Of a DNA stretch of 64,000 nt, positions 1-13,044 are shown in pieces. Position 1 is the first letter of the stretch; each line of letters begins with the position of its first letter. A model generated the notes under the pieces. That model was not told the origin of the DNA and made no database searches. It saw only the letters and a list, made by a program, of their open reading frames with translations. The translations under genes were made by a program, and so were the position numbers. This stretch comes from an uncultured Nitrososphaerales archaeon. Its GTDB lineage: Archaea > Thermoproteota > Nitrososphaeria > Nitrososphaerales > Nitrososphaeraceae. Location: NCBI GenBank assembly GCA_963709405.1, contig CAVPXM010000055.1:320001-384000 (forward strand). The letters run 5' to 3'.

Positions 1-284
1 TGAGTATATTTGTGATACAACAAGAGAGTTTCTTATCTTTAATACAAATGACTTCTTTGCCGACATGAAGGCATTACAGAAAATAAAGAAAATTACGGGC
101 ATGATACTGGTGCAGATGAGTACTCACAATTGTCACACACAGCTCTGGTTCGCCAGGGGCCGCGGTCGAACCTAATTTGATTAGGCTCAGATTTTTCTGG
201 CTCAACAAGAAAGGTATGCTTAAGGTGATAGGTCTTGATAACGTAGCCGATAATATGGTTCGGTATAACTAATATAAAAATACC

Positions 285-569
285 TTAGTGCCAAATATTA
301 ATTTTTTCTTTCTGAAGACTAAAATGTTTTTCTACTTCATTTAGTCTTTCTAGAAATCCGTCAACCTCTCTTATATCCGAATACGATGCATGACTTCGCA
401 GCTTATTTAAGAGAGATAGTACTTGCTCATGAGTAACCCCGTGTTTCATATCATAATCAATCTGACGGCAACAATTTGCCACGGTACCGTACCGCTTATG
501 TTGCCTCTTCTCCCATAAAGATGCATTTGCCGACAAACCTCGAACAAACTTTACAACTGTCTTTTCCAT
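285..569 (-). CDS. Small hypothetical protein
   Basis: ORF 285..713; the plausible protein starts at MEKTVVKFVRG (569) and the upstream extension looks non-coding. Confidence 0.6.
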   Translation of the reverse strand: MEKTVVKFVRGLSANASLWEKRQHKRYGTVANCCRQIDYDMKHGVTHEQVLSLLNKLRSHASYSDIREVDGFLERLNEVEKHFSLQKEKINIWH

Positions 570-926
570 ATGTAAAACGTGCCATTCCTTCATGGGAAAG
601 CTATTCTGAACCAAAAAGATCATTATAAAATCTGCATACTGACATATAAGCCAACCTGATGAGGTGGAAAATAGCGCAATGAATTTCAATATTGATGGAG
701 AGCGATTGTGCAACTATTAGATTAATTTGAAATCCTTATAATAACATGAATTAGCTTTTTAAGCAATAAGCTAACCCCGTAATATCTGGAGAATGTGAAC
801 CGTCTGCTGGACTATGTAACACAATAAGGTGAAGACCAAAGCTTCACAACCTAAGGTATGTACATCTGGGCGCTGATTCTGGGCTGCCAAAATGGTGTTT
901 GATACTCTCCTAAAGAACAAGAGTAT

Positions 927-2255
927 CTACAATTGTTTTTCAGGTGTACTGGGTTCTATCTCTTTTCTTTGCTGAGGCAGCATGATATAAACACATGCAG
1001 ACCCACACATTGTGCAAGGAACGTTATTTCCTTCGTGCTGCCCTTGTCTCGTGTGGATTCTCTCAGCCTCTTCAGGATTGATAGACAAGGATATCTGCTT
1101 TTCCCAATTTAGTGTACGTCTTGCCTCAGTGATTGCTCTATCCCATTTGATTGCTTTTTCTCTCATCTTTACCAGGTCCCCAGCATGCCCGGCAATGCGA
1201 TAAGCAATTAAACCTTGCTTGACCTCCTCCGCGGTTGGTAATGCTAGATGCTCAGATGGTGTCAAGTAGCAAAGCAGATCAACGCCCTCAGCAGCAGAAA
1301 TGGCTGCACCTATTGCACTGGCGATGTGGTCGTACCCTGCAGCTATGTCTGTTACTAAGGGACCTAACACATAGTAGGGGACATTACCAAGTAAAGATTT
1401 TGCAAGCCTCACATTTGCAGCAACTTCATTTAACGGTACGTGGCCGGGACCTTCGATCATAACCTGAACATCTTTTTCATGCGCCCTCTTCGCTAACCTT
1501 GCTACATTTATCATTTCGGCAATCTGCAACTCATCATGAGCATCTAGTATGGAGCCAGGCCTAAGAGCGTCGCCCAGGCTGAAAGTAACATCATTTTGCC
1601 TTGCAATTTCACACATGTAATCGAAGTGTTCAAAATATGGGTTCTCCTTATCGTATTTTAGCATCCAAGCTGCTGTTATAGTTCCACCCTTTGAAACAAT
1701 ACCCCCATACCTTCTTACCTTAAGAACACGCTGAGCTAGCTCTTTCGTTATACCAGAATGAATGGTTGTATAATCCACTCCGTCCTTTACATGTTTCTCA
1801 AACGACCGTAAGAAGTCTTCTGAACTTATGTTAAGTGGATTTTTATATTTTTCTACTCCATGGGCGTACGCCTGGTATACTGGAACGGTTCCGAAGGTAA
1901 TAGGTGCCGCTTCGAGTAATTTTTCTCTAATGAAGTCAAGGTTTCCTCCGTCTGACAAATCCATTATCGTGTCTCCGCCATATTTTACTGCCACTATTGC
2001 TTTAGAGACTTCTTCATCCAAATTTTGGTACAAGGTCGATGTGCCGATATTAACATTAATTTTCGTTCGCAAACCATGACCTATTCCAGCGTACTTAACG
2101 TCTTTTTGTTTTCTATTGGTATTATTTGGAATAATAATTGATCCATTAGCCACACAATCTTTGATAAAATTTAAGCTAACATCTTCGTATTTAGCAAGTT
2201 GGATCATTTCTGGAGTCACGACTCCTCTCCTGGCAGACGTAACTTGAGTAGCCAT
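927..2255 (-). CDS. thiC: Phosphomethylpyrimidine synthase ThiC
   Basis: TKINVNIGTS, DTIMDLS, EGPGHVP, CYLTPSEHL motifs and C-terminal CTMCGSAC Fe-S motif. Confidence 0.97.
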   Translation of the reverse strand: MATQVTSARRGVVTPEMIQLAKYEDVSLNFIKDCVANGSIIIPNNTNRKQKDVKYAGIGHGLRTKINVNIGTSTLYQNLDEEVSKAIVAVKYGGDTIMDLSDGGNLDFIREKLLEAAPITFGTVPVYQAYAHGVEKYKNPLNISSEDFLRSFEKHVKDGVDYTTIHSGITKELAQRVLKVRRYGGIVSKGGTITAAWMLKYDKENPYFEHFDYMCEIARQNDVTFSLGDALRPGSILDAHDELQIAEMINVARLAKRAHEKDVQVMIEGPGHVPLNEVAANVRLAKSLLGNVPYYVLGPLVTDIAAGYDHIASAIGAAISAAEGVDLLCYLTPSEHLALPTAEEVKQGLIAYRIAGHAGDLVKMREKAIKWDRAITEARRTLNWEKQISLSINPEEAERIHTRQGQHEGNNVPCTMCGSACVYIMLPQQRKEIEPSTPEKQL

Positions 2256-2650
2256 ATTTCAGTAAATGCAATATGAAAGATGAGTATAAAAAAGTACGTC
2301 TTGACTTTATGTTGGGTATTATAATCGAACCGAGTATGAAAGAATTAACCATTACTTCAGCTGAAGCAGTAATAACATCATGGCTTTTTCGAATCTAGCA
2401 ATCAAATATGCTATCAAATGATTATCTGAATCGAGTCTTTTACTATTTTAACATTCTTATCACAACGAGCTGGGCATTACACAAAATTACATTTAATCAG
2501 CTCCATCAGACCATCCGGAAACTCCACCAGTCCATCAGCTGTTTAACTTAGCCGTTTACCTTAGATCACTTGGCTCGATCGCACTTTAGTTATGTACGAC
2601 TTTAGGATATAATCTAACAGTTAGCGTCAGAATAAAGTGTTTGTTCTACG

Positions 2651-3265
2651 TCATTCTTCTATATACATTGCATAATTATTCGAGTAGGTATATTTCAGCC
2701 ATCTGTTGACCATGATAAGCTCTGCCAGATGAGACCTTAAGTAGCTGGCACGCTTAGCTTCCAAATATTTTTCATACATTGCAACGACTTGTTCTTGCGT
2801 CTCCGACTGAATTGAGCCCGGTCGAAGTTGTCGTATTTTCTTGATTGCCTGATATGAAGTCAAACTAGGATTTTCTCTGAGAAGATACGATGCCAAGATA
2901 GTGCCTGTTCTGCCTCTACCCGCTGCACAATGTACCATTACCGATTTTCCAGACTTAATCTGGCCATGAATATAATCCTCAGTTGAATCTAATTCATCTA
3001 ACGTAGGAGCACCGTAGTCTTTCACCTTCAAATGCAAATAATTAACCGAATTGGTTTTGAGATACTCTAACCATTTCGACGGCAAAGGCACCTCCCTGAC
3101 TGTGACTATCACATTTATCCCATTCTCTACGACCCATTGTAGCTGGGATTTGCTCATTGGGATCCCGCTCCCGGCTAATTTTGAATCTATTATCCAACTA
3201 AAGTTGGTTGGTCTAGTAGCGAATTTACCATGAAACCATCTGTAAGTATTACCAATTACGGTCAT
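2651..3265 (-). CDS. Dual-specificity/protein-tyrosine phosphatase
   Basis: VHCAAGRGRTG (CX5R), DYGAP acid loop, IRQLRPGSIQ; probable start MTVIGN. Confidence 0.9.
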   Translation of the reverse strand: MTVIGNTYRWFHGKFATRPTNFSWIIDSKLAGSGIPMSKSQLQWVVENGINVIVTVREVPLPSKWLEYLKTNSVNYLHLKVKDYGAPTLDELDSTEDYIHGQIKSGKSVMVHCAAGRGRTGTILASYLLRENPSLTSYQAIKKIRQLRPGSIQSETQEQVVAMYEKYLEAKRASYLRSHLAELIMVNRWLKYTYSNNYAMYIEE

Positions 3266-3851
3266 ATTAACACGCCCAAGTATAAATATGAAATGACTCG
3301 ATATAATAGTAGTGGGCGCTAGCATTCCTCTCAATTTAATCGAAATAAAGGATGTAACGTACGGGCATTAACTTTGAGGCATAATCAGTTCCTGTTATAT
3401 AAGAGGTGGCAGTACTGGATAGAATTGATGGTTGGTCGAAAGTGTCATCGTTGATTCAAGGTATTGGATGTTGCACTACAGTAACATTCTCAATTTGATC
3501 TAAGTAATGACGGCAATAAAATACTTTTAGCATAACGAGATACGTCGTAGGCCTAACCTTTAATTCTAATAGTTCGAACAGCTCTTAAAACTCGTTCTAA
3601 ATTGGGAATTACCATTTGATGATCAATATAAAGACTACCCAAGTTCTATGTTCAAGCAGCCTGATAACATTCGGAATGCTCATGACGGTATAATCACTTT
3701 TTCGAATTAGATATACCCAATTAGATTCTTTTCTAATTTGTAAACCTGAATAACCGTAAAGACTTTAGCAACTATAACAATTCACTATAAGATAACGAAT
3801 GAGAAAGGAATCGAATCATATAAAATCCTACCCTACCAAAGTATTTGCAAA

Positions 3852-4040
3852 TTGCCACGGCCCGTAATTATTACTCGAGATAATATGACACATAGAATAA
3901 GTTCTATCATCAATAGCAGACAAAATGGGCTTTGTTATTTTTGTGGGGTAAAAATTAATGGCACAGACGTTATTGTGAGCACAGGGATTCCTCGAAGCTA
4001 TTATCATATTGAATGCGCCAAGCGGCTTCACATTATTTAA
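3852..4040 (+). CDS. Small putative zinc-finger protein
   Basis: 62 aa with CYFC...YHIEC pattern; TTG start. Confidence 0.55.
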   Translation: MPRPVIITRDNMTHRISSIINSRQNGLCYFCGVKINGTDVIVSTGIPRSYYHIECAKRLHII

Positions 4041-4337
4041 CTTAATGAATTCATAAATTCTAGCTGAATCAAATATACTTAATCTAGATTTATACTAGAA
4101 AAGTTGATTTATAAGCTGAAGGTGTTTTCTAGTGATTTTACTACCGTAGTCTTTTGCTGGAATGGGAATATTAGCTTCCTGATGCATCAATTCAAATTAA
4201 TGCCTAAAGATGTTCATTATAGAAATTATAGACAGTTTTGAGGTTGATTCCTCATATCTTTTCCTGTATCCTTTATCCCTCATTGTTAATTTGTATATTG
4301 GGTGTAGAATTATAGTAAAGGAATAAAAAGTCAGATC

Positions 4338-5552
4338 TTATAACATCTTTTCAAAGAATATGCTCAAGTTGTTACTACTTAAGGTTACGTTAATCATTTT
4401 CATGTTATAAGTGATAATAGGAAGTGGGATCACATTTGCCAGAGTTCCAGTAGGAGTTCTTACTTTTATAATTATATCTCCCCCACTGACACGTTTGATA
4501 TCAAAATCTTTTTGCTCTGTGAATGGGACTTTTACTACCAAATGTAACTTGCTTTGACCTTCCTGTACTATGGAAAATGGTTTGCCCTGATACATTATAT
4601 CCATAGCATTCTCTTCTTCTCCAAATAGCAGGTTAGCATTAAAACGAAGCGAATTTATTCCAGCTAACTCTGTGGAGTGAAGCGGGACTTCTTTGACCGG
4701 AAGAGGATAGAAATTTACTCGCGCTTCCTCTACCTTACTCCGATGAAAATATGACCACTTTGAATAATAGTTCTCAGGGTCATCATCGTGTCCTACTGAT
4801 GGCATGGGCCAAATCTTATTTACTATGGCTAGATCAACATTGATGCCGTATAAGCTCGCAGACATTAAGGCTCTTTTTGCATTTTCTATACTGAAGGAAT
4901 CTGGATTTGCTACTAATCTAATACTTGTTACATTATTGTCTGTAATTATATTCGCTAAACTACTTAGCCTACGAAAAAAATCCTCTTCGAATTGCAAGAT
5001 ATTACTTGGAATAGAAATGCCAGAAAAGAGGTGGAACATTTTTGAAAATCCAGAAAACAAACCAAAAACACCAGTTAGTTTTTTACCAACGGTGCCGACA
5101 AGTTTAGGAAAATACAGATATCTTAATGCCTCGCCTGACGCAGGCATATCAAGAATAACTGCATCAAATGAATCAGCGCGTGCAATTTCTTCAACCTTTA
5201 ATAAAGAAAATAGCTGAGTCATACCGGGCATCATGGCTATTTCATATGAAATACTTTCATCAATCCCTTTTTGGGTAAATACTGATGCCATGTAGGCAAG
5301 TAAGTTATTGTATTTCGTGTTAATTTCGTTTATTGGGTCAACCTGCAACAAACGGAGATTAGGAATAATTTCTTCCGTATCATACTTTTCTGCATTCTCA
5401 TCAGACAGCATAAACGCATCGCCTAATGTATGTGCCGGATCAGAGGAAATTAACAAGGTTTTGTGATTTCTGTCAGCAAGGCTAATAGCGGTCGAAGCCG
5501 ATGTAACAGTTTTGCCTGTTCCGCCTTTTCCGGTGTATATGATTACCCTCAT
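4338..5552 (-). CDS. ArsA/GET3-family ATPase with C-terminal HSP20-like extension
   Basis: GKGGTGKT P-loop, SSDPAHTL, DMPASG; beta-rich C-terminal ~80 aa. Confidence 0.88.
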   Translation of the reverse strand: MRVIIYTGKGGTGKTVTSASTAISLADRNHKTLLISSDPAHTLGDAFMLSDENAEKYDTEEIIPNLRLLQVDPINEINTKYNNLLAYMASVFTQKGIDESISYEIAMMPGMTQLFSLLKVEEIARADSFDAVILDMPASGEALRYLYFPKLVGTVGKKLTGVFGLFSGFSKMFHLFSGISIPSNILQFEEDFFRRLSSLANIITDNNVTSIRLVANPDSFSIENAKRALMSASLYGINVDLAIVNKIWPMPSVGHDDDPENYYSKWSYFHRSKVEEARVNFYPLPVKEVPLHSTELAGINSLRFNANLLFGEEENAMDIMYQGKPFSIVQEGQSKLHLVVKVPFTEQKDFDIKRVSGGDIIIKVRTPTGTLANVIPLPIITYNMKMINVTLSSNNLSIFFEKML

Positions 5553-5592
5553 TTTCGTTTACGACTTACCGATATAAGATTTGAGATCAACA

Positions 5593-6348
5593 CTACGATA
5601 AGTTCGAGGTCACAAAATTGATAAGTCCATAGCTGTGTCGTAGCGTCCTTCTGATTGCCATATTATATCCATATATTGTCACTGCATATTCCTCGAGTAT
5701 TGGAATCATTTGATCCAATGAGTCGCTCAAGTAGAATCCAGGACAATCACCTGTAAACTGAAATGTGGCATGAATTGCAGGTAATTCATTCTCAATATTT
5801 ATCCATGAAGCGAATGGATAAAGCCAGCAAACTCCTGGCTTTTCTGGTTGTAGTCTGCAATTACCTTCATTGCTCAAGAATCTACATCTCACAGGGGTAC
5901 CATCCTCGTTGTCTTTCTCGTCTGTTTTACGCTTCAACGAAAGCATAGTAAATGAAGTACTTATATTTCCTCGTTCATCCTTTTCGTCCCAACTTGATAT
6001 CCGTGTTTCATTCTTCAGAAATTCTGACTCCAACTTGTATCCCATTTTGCGTGTAATTATATGGACATCATCAATTGTCAATGGCAACCTACCTTGCCGG
6101 TTGCAGCAGTTATGACAATCGGGCCATAAACATTTCCACAAGACATACAATTTGTCATTCGCAAGAGTTGGAATATGAAATGTCACCTTTCCTATTCTCA
6201 AAGTAGTATCAATTACGTCAGTTCGGCCACCAACCTGTAGATCATATACCTGTGGTTCAATGGGCCAATCCTTCGCGAGGAGATCTAACGACTCCTTTAC
6301 TGAAGACGATGAAGTTGCCAAATATGACCTAAATAATGATGTATGCAC
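5593..6348 (-). CDS. YkgJ-family cysteine-cluster protein
   Basis: C-x3-C-x2-CC, CRFL...CRL, KPGVCWLYPF, CPG. Confidence 0.8.
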   Translation of the reverse strand: MHTSLFRSYLATSSSSVKESLDLLAKDWPIEPQVYDLQVGGRTDVIDTTLRIGKVTFHIPTLANDKLYVLWKCLWPDCHNCCNRQGRLPLTIDDVHIITRKMGYKLESEFLKNETRISSWDEKDERGNISTSFTMLSLKRKTDEKDNEDGTPVRCRFLSNEGNCRLQPEKPGVCWLYPFASWINIENELPAIHATFQFTGDCPGFYLSDSLDQMIPILEEYAVTIYGYNMAIRRTLRHSYGLINFVTSNLS

Positions 6349-6824
6349 CTTTAAATGTGCCTAAAATGTGTGCTTCCTCCTACTTAGACTATGTCCTAGA
6401 CCCTGATTTATGCTAATTCCTAATAAAATCTATACTTTTTCTATATTGGTTTATTCGCTTTGTCCATCAGTATTTGAAAAAATAACAAAATAGTTCAGTG
6501 TCATGATGGAAATTCAAAAAAAATGAAATGTGGGGGGGCTCCCATACGCATTACCAAACTATTCAGGATTACGCATCAACCTTGACATCTAATTCATCCA
6601 TTCTAGAATAACTGCCAAGTGAAGAGTTTCTTTTACCTCGCAAAACATTAGGCAGATCGAAATCCAATCTTCTTTCAGATTATGCAGATTTAAAGACAAA
6701 ACAGAGATCCATTCCAAAGCTACAGGTATCTCGAAAGCAAATATGGTAGGTATCAAACAGCGTCTACTGTAACAATAGACAATAGGAGAAGCAGCCGGGT
6801 TGTGTTTTGGTTGGATTCCCGATT

Positions 6825-8577
6825 CTATTGGTGCGCAGATGGCGAGACATTGAGGGCGGATTGCGGGCTTTGAGGCAAAACTTGAACACCAACTATCTTA
6901 TCTGCAGTTTTTTTGTTTCCATATGCATCGTTATACGTTATGTGAATTGTTAATACCTCTAGCGGTACCTGCAACAGCAATACTGGGAAAGATGGCTGTA
7001 TCCACTTTTTTGAGCTGATTTGCCTGGACAGATCCGATGTTAAATGTACTGCTTCCTAAAATTATGAGAGGGATTATATTATTTTGTTGTACGACGTTAG
7101 TTGATACTGATAGATTCCGAACTGATGGAGTAACGATGTTGTTAGCAGTGGCAGCTTGGATTCTTGCCAAGACGTCAGCTATTACACCATTGGCTGTCGC
7201 AGAACCCTCGTTTCTAATTATTAGAGCTACTCTAGTTGCGGAGCCTGGATTTGCAGACAACACACTTAACTGACTTGCCGATACCAATGATGATTGGATT
7301 CTATTCCCAGTTAATACTTGTGATTCTGGGAGGGCGATTGCATCCAATATAACTTTGCCGCTTATCCTGAATGGAATATCAATCGTTCTAGAAGTAGACT
7401 CAAATGGCGTGATTCGATTTGTGATCTGACGGTTTGATTTGTCCCTTGCATCTAGTTTATCCAGTGATTTTAATATCTGAATCGATGCGGAGGCATTTAT
7501 TCGCCGGGAGAGATCAAATGCCTTTGCTTTATCTGCTGTGTTAAACTCTGATTTTATTTTCCTCTCCTGTTCAAGTGTAAAGAAATGTAGTTTTAGTGAG
7601 CCGTGATATAACTTTCCAACCTGAGCAGAAGGACCGACATAAACTGGAAAATATAATACGAAAGTCTGTCCAGCCTTTACTAGTCCGTTATAACTTGCTA
7701 TCGCGGTATCGCTATCATTATTATTGCTTATACTATTGCTGCTATTGCCTGTCAAACTCGAATTAAGTATACTTGAATTAGCAGCAGGAATGATGGGTGA
7801 TGCATTGGTGGGCGCGACGGTTGAATTATTCGCAGGATCACTGGTATCGGGTGAAACGATTGCTTGAAATCCGGCTGGCAATTGTAAAGACCCACGAATA
7901 CTTGTTACATCTACAAAACCTCTATTTATTAACACCACTGCAAGTATTGAATTTCCTTCTCCTGGACCAACCTCTTGCCTAAGTACTGGTGGTAACGCCT
8001 GTGCCGGAGTTCTATCAGATGACGATCCGGCATCAATACCACCTGGGGCTGTATTATCAGTCCAATACGAATTTACAAATTGAAATCTGACCGGACCTTC
8101 AGTTATGTTCTTAATAGTAGCACTAGATGTAGATTTACTTTTATTTATTGAAAGGTTTTTACTTATCTGTAAAAATCTTGAAGTTGGGGTAAATGAGGAA
8201 TTAGAGGTTGGCTTTCCAAATTGTATGTTATTACCACATACAAAAGTATTGTTTTGCTGGGTTTGTGCAGGTGCAATCTGTACGTTACCACACATAATAC
8301 TCGAATTGTGTGGAGATTGTGATAATGCGTTAGAGAAATTGGAAGAAAAAAAGACTGACGGTGAGCTCGATGTCGAAATAGCCTGAGCCCTTGGTAACAT
8401 CTTAGCAATAATATCCAACTTGGCTAATTGCATTGCAATAGTGATCGTACTTGATAATAAAAGTAAGATGAAAGTAAATGCGACTAAATAATAAGGTCGA
8501 ATATAATAATAAATTTTGATGCGTCCTCTATCCTTTGTTTCACTACTAGTATCCTTTTTATGATTTCGTAGACGCAT
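6825..8577 (-). CDS. Secreted/membrane COG1361-like S-layer-domain protein (frameshift near 6960)
   Basis: N-terminal TM; QEVGPGEGNSILAVVL module shared with the 9506 gene; reading continues in another frame (LEVLTIHITYNDAYGN...) to TAG at 6825. Confidence 0.7.
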
Positions 8578-8659
8578 AGTCCTTAGGTATTTTGCGAGCT
8601 TCAGATTTATGGATGATGGAGATTTTATTTTAATCTGTACCTGTATGAACTTTATCCGA

Positions 8660-8730
8660 ACATTCTATAGATGGAATGTAAAAAGTTCCAACATGGTACA
8701 TTCGACGAATGTATCGAATGATTTTTATAA
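8660..8730. promoter_or_regulatory. Divergent promoter with palindromic operator-like sites
   Basis: ACATTC-N8-GAATGT (8660-8679), TACATTCG-A-CGAATGTA (8697-8713), TATA-like TTTTTATAA (8722-8730). Confidence 0.45.
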
Positions 8731-8781
8731 CTATAACAAGTAGATATTTTGATAGCGTAATATATCTAGTAATAGTATCGT

Positions 8782-9525
8782 TTGGGAAAGGTTAAAGTGA
8801 TTATGAATGCCAATTACAGGCGGGGGTATGAGGTAGAGACACTGAAGGTTGAAAATCTCACTAAGATTTACAATTCCTCGATGGGTAAGGTCGTACCGTT
8901 AAAAAATGTGTCCTTTTCAGTAAACAAGGGTGAATTTGTATCAATAGTAGGTCCTTCAGGAAGCGGTAAATCAACCCTAATGAATATGCTAGGAGCATTG
9001 GACAGGCCAACTTCTGGAAAAGTCTTTATTAACGGGATTGACATCTTTACATTGAACGACTCACAGCTTTCGACTCTAAGAAATAATACAATAGGCTTTA
9101 TCTTTCAATCTTATAATTTAATCAACAGGACGACGGTTTTAAAAAATGTAGAATTTCCGGGCATTACAGGTGGAATGAGCGACAAAGATAGAAGGCGTCG
9201 TGCAGAAAAGATTCTAGGGTTCCTCGGTATTCGCGATAAGGCCAAGTTTAAGCCGACGAATTTAAGCGGAGGTCAACAACAACGAGTTGCAATCGCAAGA
9301 GCATTAATGAATAATCCAAAAATAATTCTGGCTGACGAACCGACAGGCAATCTGGATACGAAGACCGGAGAAGATGTATTTGCACTGCTTACTATGCTCT
9401 CTAATAAATTTTTAAGAACCATAATCATGGTTACTCACAATCCTGATCTTGCTGCCAGAACTGATAGAGCAATCCACATTCGAGATGGCGCGATAGAAAG
9501 AGAAGTTGTTAATATTGAAAATTAG
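8782..9525 (+). CDS. ABC transporter ATP-binding protein (LolD/MacB-type)
   Basis: [30 protein letters not shown]. Confidence 0.95.
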   Translation: MGKVKVIMNANYRRGYEVETLKVENLTKIYNSSMGKVVPLKNVSFSVNKGEFVSIVGPSGSGKSTLMNMLGALDRPTSGKVFINGIDIFTLNDSQLSTLRNNTIGFIFQSYNLINRTTVLKNVEFPGITGGMSDKDRRRRAEKILGFLGIRDKAKFKPTNLSGGQQQRVAIARALMNNPKIILADEPTGNLDTKTGEDVFALLTMLSNKFLRTIIMVTHNPDLAARTDRAIHIRDGAIEREVVNIEN

Positions 9526-12500
9526 AATTGTTAATCTTCCGATGTTGAAGAGCTTCGTAACAATAACGTGCTTGGTACTACTCCTTTTAGGTGGGTCTAT
9601 CTCGAATTTAAGTGAGCTATCTTTAGCATTACCATCAAATGTGTCTGCTCCCGCATTGCATTCAGTACCGTTAAAGGGAACGCAAGATCAGTCGTTCATC
9701 CATATCACCGCAGGAAAGGTTCAAGATTTTAACTTTAGTATTAGTGGAAGCTCTAACACTCCTAAGACTAGTATAAACCCACTCCTAACCTCACAAGAAC
9801 AACCATTGCCAAGGATATCCGATTTGTCAGTCTCGTTGGCTTCACAATCTGGCTCGGTAAGAATTCTGGGCAACACCCATTGGAATTTGCAGAGTATCCA
9901 ACCGGGCTCCAACGTTGTGCTTTCTACACAAGTTTACGCTTCATCTGCATTAATAGGATCCCCAGTCTTTTTTACAGTAGCAATACAATATATTCAAAAT
10001 GGCCAGCAGGTAAAAACAGAGTCATTTGATATAGGAGCGATTGTAGTTGGTGACATTAAATTACAAATAAATAATATTGGTATTAGATATATAGGTAGCA
10101 CTCCGAATCTTGTTGGCAATTTACTAAACGAAGGTAATACTCCTGCACTTTTTACTAACGTCGAAATGCTTCAACAGAAACAACAGTCTAAAGTCAATAA
10201 TTCGCTCGGATCTCAAACGTCAGATAAAGGTATTGTAATCTTACCGTTATCCTCAGATTATCTAGGCAGTATTCCTGCTAATACACCTGTGCCTTTTAAT
10301 ATCCCATTAAAAATAACTCAACAGCCCATCAGGATAAATGAACAGCAAAACAATATCAATGCTCGGATTAACCAGATAGGAGCTGAGTCTACTTCCGAGA
10401 ATGTTGTTCAGGATTCAAGTGTAATTCCTAAGAAATTACCAGATCCGAATCTGCAATCCGAGAATCGACCAATTTTATACCCTGTTGCATTAAATATCAC
10501 TTATAGTGATGATCTAAAAAATGACCATCAACTTATCGTAAACAAAACCTTAGGCTATAATTTCGAGTTAGGACAAGTGCAAAATGCTCAGAACAAATTG
10601 GAATACAGTACTTCAGATCAAAACCAAAACTTCCCGAGTCAGGGTGGTAGTTTTTTTACTAATGGCTTCATAGACGCGTATTGGGCGACTAATACATCAG
10701 TTTGTTCAGCAAACAGCAATTCATCTACACTATCTGTATGTTCATCCACGTCTTCAGCGCTTCCTGTTCCCCCTCAACAAGAAGTTGGTCCAGGAGAAGG
10801 GCAATCTATATTTGCAGTTGTATTGAGTAACACAGAATTTACAGATATTAATGGTATTATTGGTTACCTAACCTTACCCCCAGGTTTTACTTCGGCGACG
10901 AGTGCTGGAGCTGGCCTGATCAATAATAATGGACTTAATGAAAAAAATGCTAACCCCCCAAATGTAGCACAAAGCAAAATTTCCGGTATACTATCACCTA
11001 GTTTGCAGCAACCACAAACAGCAATTGCTAGCTTCACGAATTTAGTCAAATCGGGCCAGACATATACACTCTATTTCAAAGTAAATATTGGCAAGGGAGT
11101 AAAGGTCGGAGATTATTTGGCCTCCCTTAGGATATTCTACTTTAAAGTGCCGGCACTGGAACCAGGGCTATATAATTCTCAGTCTTTCAGGATACCCTTT
11201 TTCCTTCCTGGCAAGGTTATTTTAGATGCGAGTTCGAAAACAACTACTCTGAAACCTGGATTATCCAATACCGCAAGTATAGAAATTAGGAATAAAGGGA
11301 CTGCAAATGCGAACAGTGTTCTTGTCTCTATTACAGGGATAAGCGGTAACACCATTGCGAATAATGTTGTCATTAATCAACCCGGCACGATAAGCAGTAG
11401 TAATACTACAACTAGTCCCTCAAATCCTAGCGGTCAGATAACGACTACATCTCCTACATCAAGTATTCCTACTGTAAATTTAGGGGCTAGGACCTTCAAT
11501 ATTGGGACAATTCCCGTTAATGGAACAGCAGAAATCAATCCGATCATATATCCATCAGAATCAGCTGGCGGAACATTGCAGAACTTGAATCTTCAAATTT
11601 CGTACACAGCTGCAAATGGCAATGCAAAAAGCTCAAACTTCTCAGTAGGACTGCTTGTTTTACCGACTCCTCCTGAGGCTGGTATAAGTGTCGGATCATC
11701 GATAACCCCCTCTATCAACAGTAGTAGGATCTCAAATAACAATCAAAATAATAACACGAATAGGATTACTTCTTCAGGTATAACTGCAAGTGCATCCTCG
11801 TTTGAATTAAACAACCAAGAAAAGCAAGGAATTACAATCACACCCTATTAAATACTACAGTGCTGATGCTCACGATCCCAAATACTTTACAGATTTTAAA
11901 AACAGCACCAATAAAGATTACACTCAAGTTCCGCACTTAAACAATATAGCCTACCGTGATCCCGGGAATAATGCTAATGCAAATGTTATGGGAATTACCC
12001 CCTTCCATGGCAATTTGAATAGTTCTTCGCTGATCCTGACGGCTGGCAAAGTGCAAGATATGAAATTCACTATTGCCAATAACAATGATTTTCCCATTAC
12101 GAATGCGGTTGCATCCATAGCATCTGAATCTAACGATCTAGAGATTGTTGGAAATTCACTCTGGAGTATTCCAAGTTTTGCACCACACTCCAAGCATGTG
12201 TTCACAACTAAAATCTACGCTTCTACATCTTTAATAGCTGCACCTGTATCATTTTTAGTAACGCTTCAATATATTTCCGGTGGGCAGTCAAAAATTGGAT
12301 CCTTTGTTTTGGGCGGAAATGTCGTTGGTGATATAAGAGCCACCGTTACAGACTTGGCTGTAAATTATGTGGCCGGTACGCCAAACCTAGTAGGGAATCT
12401 TTTAAACCAAGGAAATACAATAGGCCTCTACACTACTGTGCAATTAGTAAACCAGCCATTTTCAAGCGGCTCAGAGTCTCAGATAGGTAATAACCAGCCC

Positions 12501-13044
12501 CATCCTCAAAAAGGGGCTCAGGATCAGGCCAGAGAAAGCAAACCCCAGTCGATAGGATCCTCTGCCGCATCATATTTTCTTCCTCCTGCTCAATACCTAG
12601 GCGATCTTCAACCTGACTCTCCATTGCCTTTTAGTATTCCACTGACAAATGTCGATAACTCTACCCTTTTAGGCGAGCCACCCAGTTTCTCTTAAGATAA
12701 CTTACAGTGACGATCTAAAAAATAGTCATGATGTAACAATAAACCAAACTCTACTAGTCAAACCGCAGATATCGCACAACCGAGGAGATCGTCACGGACA
12801 AAATACCATATTTGGTATCCCTTTTCCAATTGTAATAATAGCAATTATTGCCATCATCGCTCTCATACTGATAAGAATTATTAGAAAAAGAAGGAAAGCT
12901 AGAGCAGAAGCGCTTCTTAGTTCTGATATCAACCAACAAGGAATCGATGAGGACGATATCGAAAAATTGCTCGACTCTTCCGAATCTCCAGATAACGGCA
13001 GTCATAGTATTGAGGACCGGAAATCCAGCATTAGAAAAAAATGA
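9506..13044 (+). CDS. Large COG1361-like S-layer-domain protein with C-terminal TM anchor (split by frameshifts near 11850 and 12690)
   Basis: Repeated PNLVGNLLN.GN and ITYSDDLKN modules across ORFs 9506-11851, 11988-12695 and a third frame ending in a TM plus RKRRK, stop TGA at 13044. Confidence 0.72.

Noticed and set aside
2256-2650. TPP riboswitch upstream of thiC
   Set aside because: Conserved TPP aptamer motifs could not be found on the minus strand
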